The notes under the pieces are model-generated. The model made no database searches. It was given only the letters and a program-made list of their open reading frames with translations, and had not been told where the DNA came from. Made by a program: the position numbers and the translations under genes. 26,399 nt of DNA from an uncultured Planctomycetia bacterium. Lineage in GTDB: Bacteria > Omnitrophota > Gorgyraeia > 2-01-FULL-45-10. Below, piece by piece: positions 26,367 through 26,399 of the stretch (positions are counted from its first letter, which is position 1; every line of letters starts with the position of its first letter). Location: assembly GCA_964532615.1 (NCBI GenBank), contig CAZHIO010000001.1, positions 1 through 26,399 of the forward strand. The letters run 5' to 3'.

Positions 26367-26398
26367 TTTTTGGCATACGGTAGTAATAGGGCCAAAAA
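26367..26398. repeat. 8 bp inverted repeat with 16 nt spacer
   Basis: TTTTTGGC (26367..26374) pairs with GCCAAAAA (26391..26398); it may continue beyond the window edge. Confidence 0.55.
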
Positions 26399-26399
26399 T

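Noticed and set aside
26281-26399. Intact functional tRNA gene
   Set aside because: It has a 4 nt loop in place of a 7 nt anticodon loop, a mismatch in the D-stem, no T-loop, and no acceptor 3' strand or CCA within the window. It is kept only as a pseudogene-like candidate.
1-26399. CRISPR arrays, transposases, integrases, rRNA, and a taxonomic assignment
   Set aside because: No regularly spaced repeats, transposase or catalytic recombinase motifs, or rRNA-like sequence were seen. The gene style suggested an Omnitrophota/PVC-like host, but the window has no marker gene, so no assignment is claimed.

Overview
A roughly 25 kb minus-strand surface-polysaccharide operon fills almost the whole window. 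It starts at a candidate sigma70 promoter near 26154-26182 and reads right to left: wzc-like BY-kinase/copolymerase, Wzy/O-antigen-ligase-family protein, Wzx flippase, then a long tailoring block, a GT4, a degenerate PHP-fold membrane protein, WbqC, a PIG-L deacetylase and a WecA-like initiating transferase. The tailoring block holds five SAM-methyltransferase domains (three stand-alone, two fused to glycosyltransferases), a GT-acyltransferase fusion, a CgeB-like GT, a GT4, a tandem GT9-GT9 protein, a DegT-type aminotransferase and a radical SAM/SPASM enzyme. A CHASE4-type sensor histidine kinase, absent from the ORF track because it runs off the left edge, follows in the same direction. The genes are tightly coupled, with nine ATGA overlaps. 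No wza, wzb or nucleotide-sugar synthesis genes are present. The most unusual observations are: (i) a XerC/XerD-like N-terminal segment between the GT4 and methyltransferase domains of one fusion; (ii) a methyltransferase-DegT-radical SAM triad with no visible keto-sugar-forming dehydratase; (iii) a PHP-like protein with its metal-binding histidines replaced; (iv) a strong internal RBS plus ATG inside the GT-acyltransferase fusion; (v) a terminator-like hairpin right after wzc; (vi) a decayed tRNA-Pro-like element with palindromic inserts at the right edge. All family calls come from motif recognition by eye; no database searches were run.
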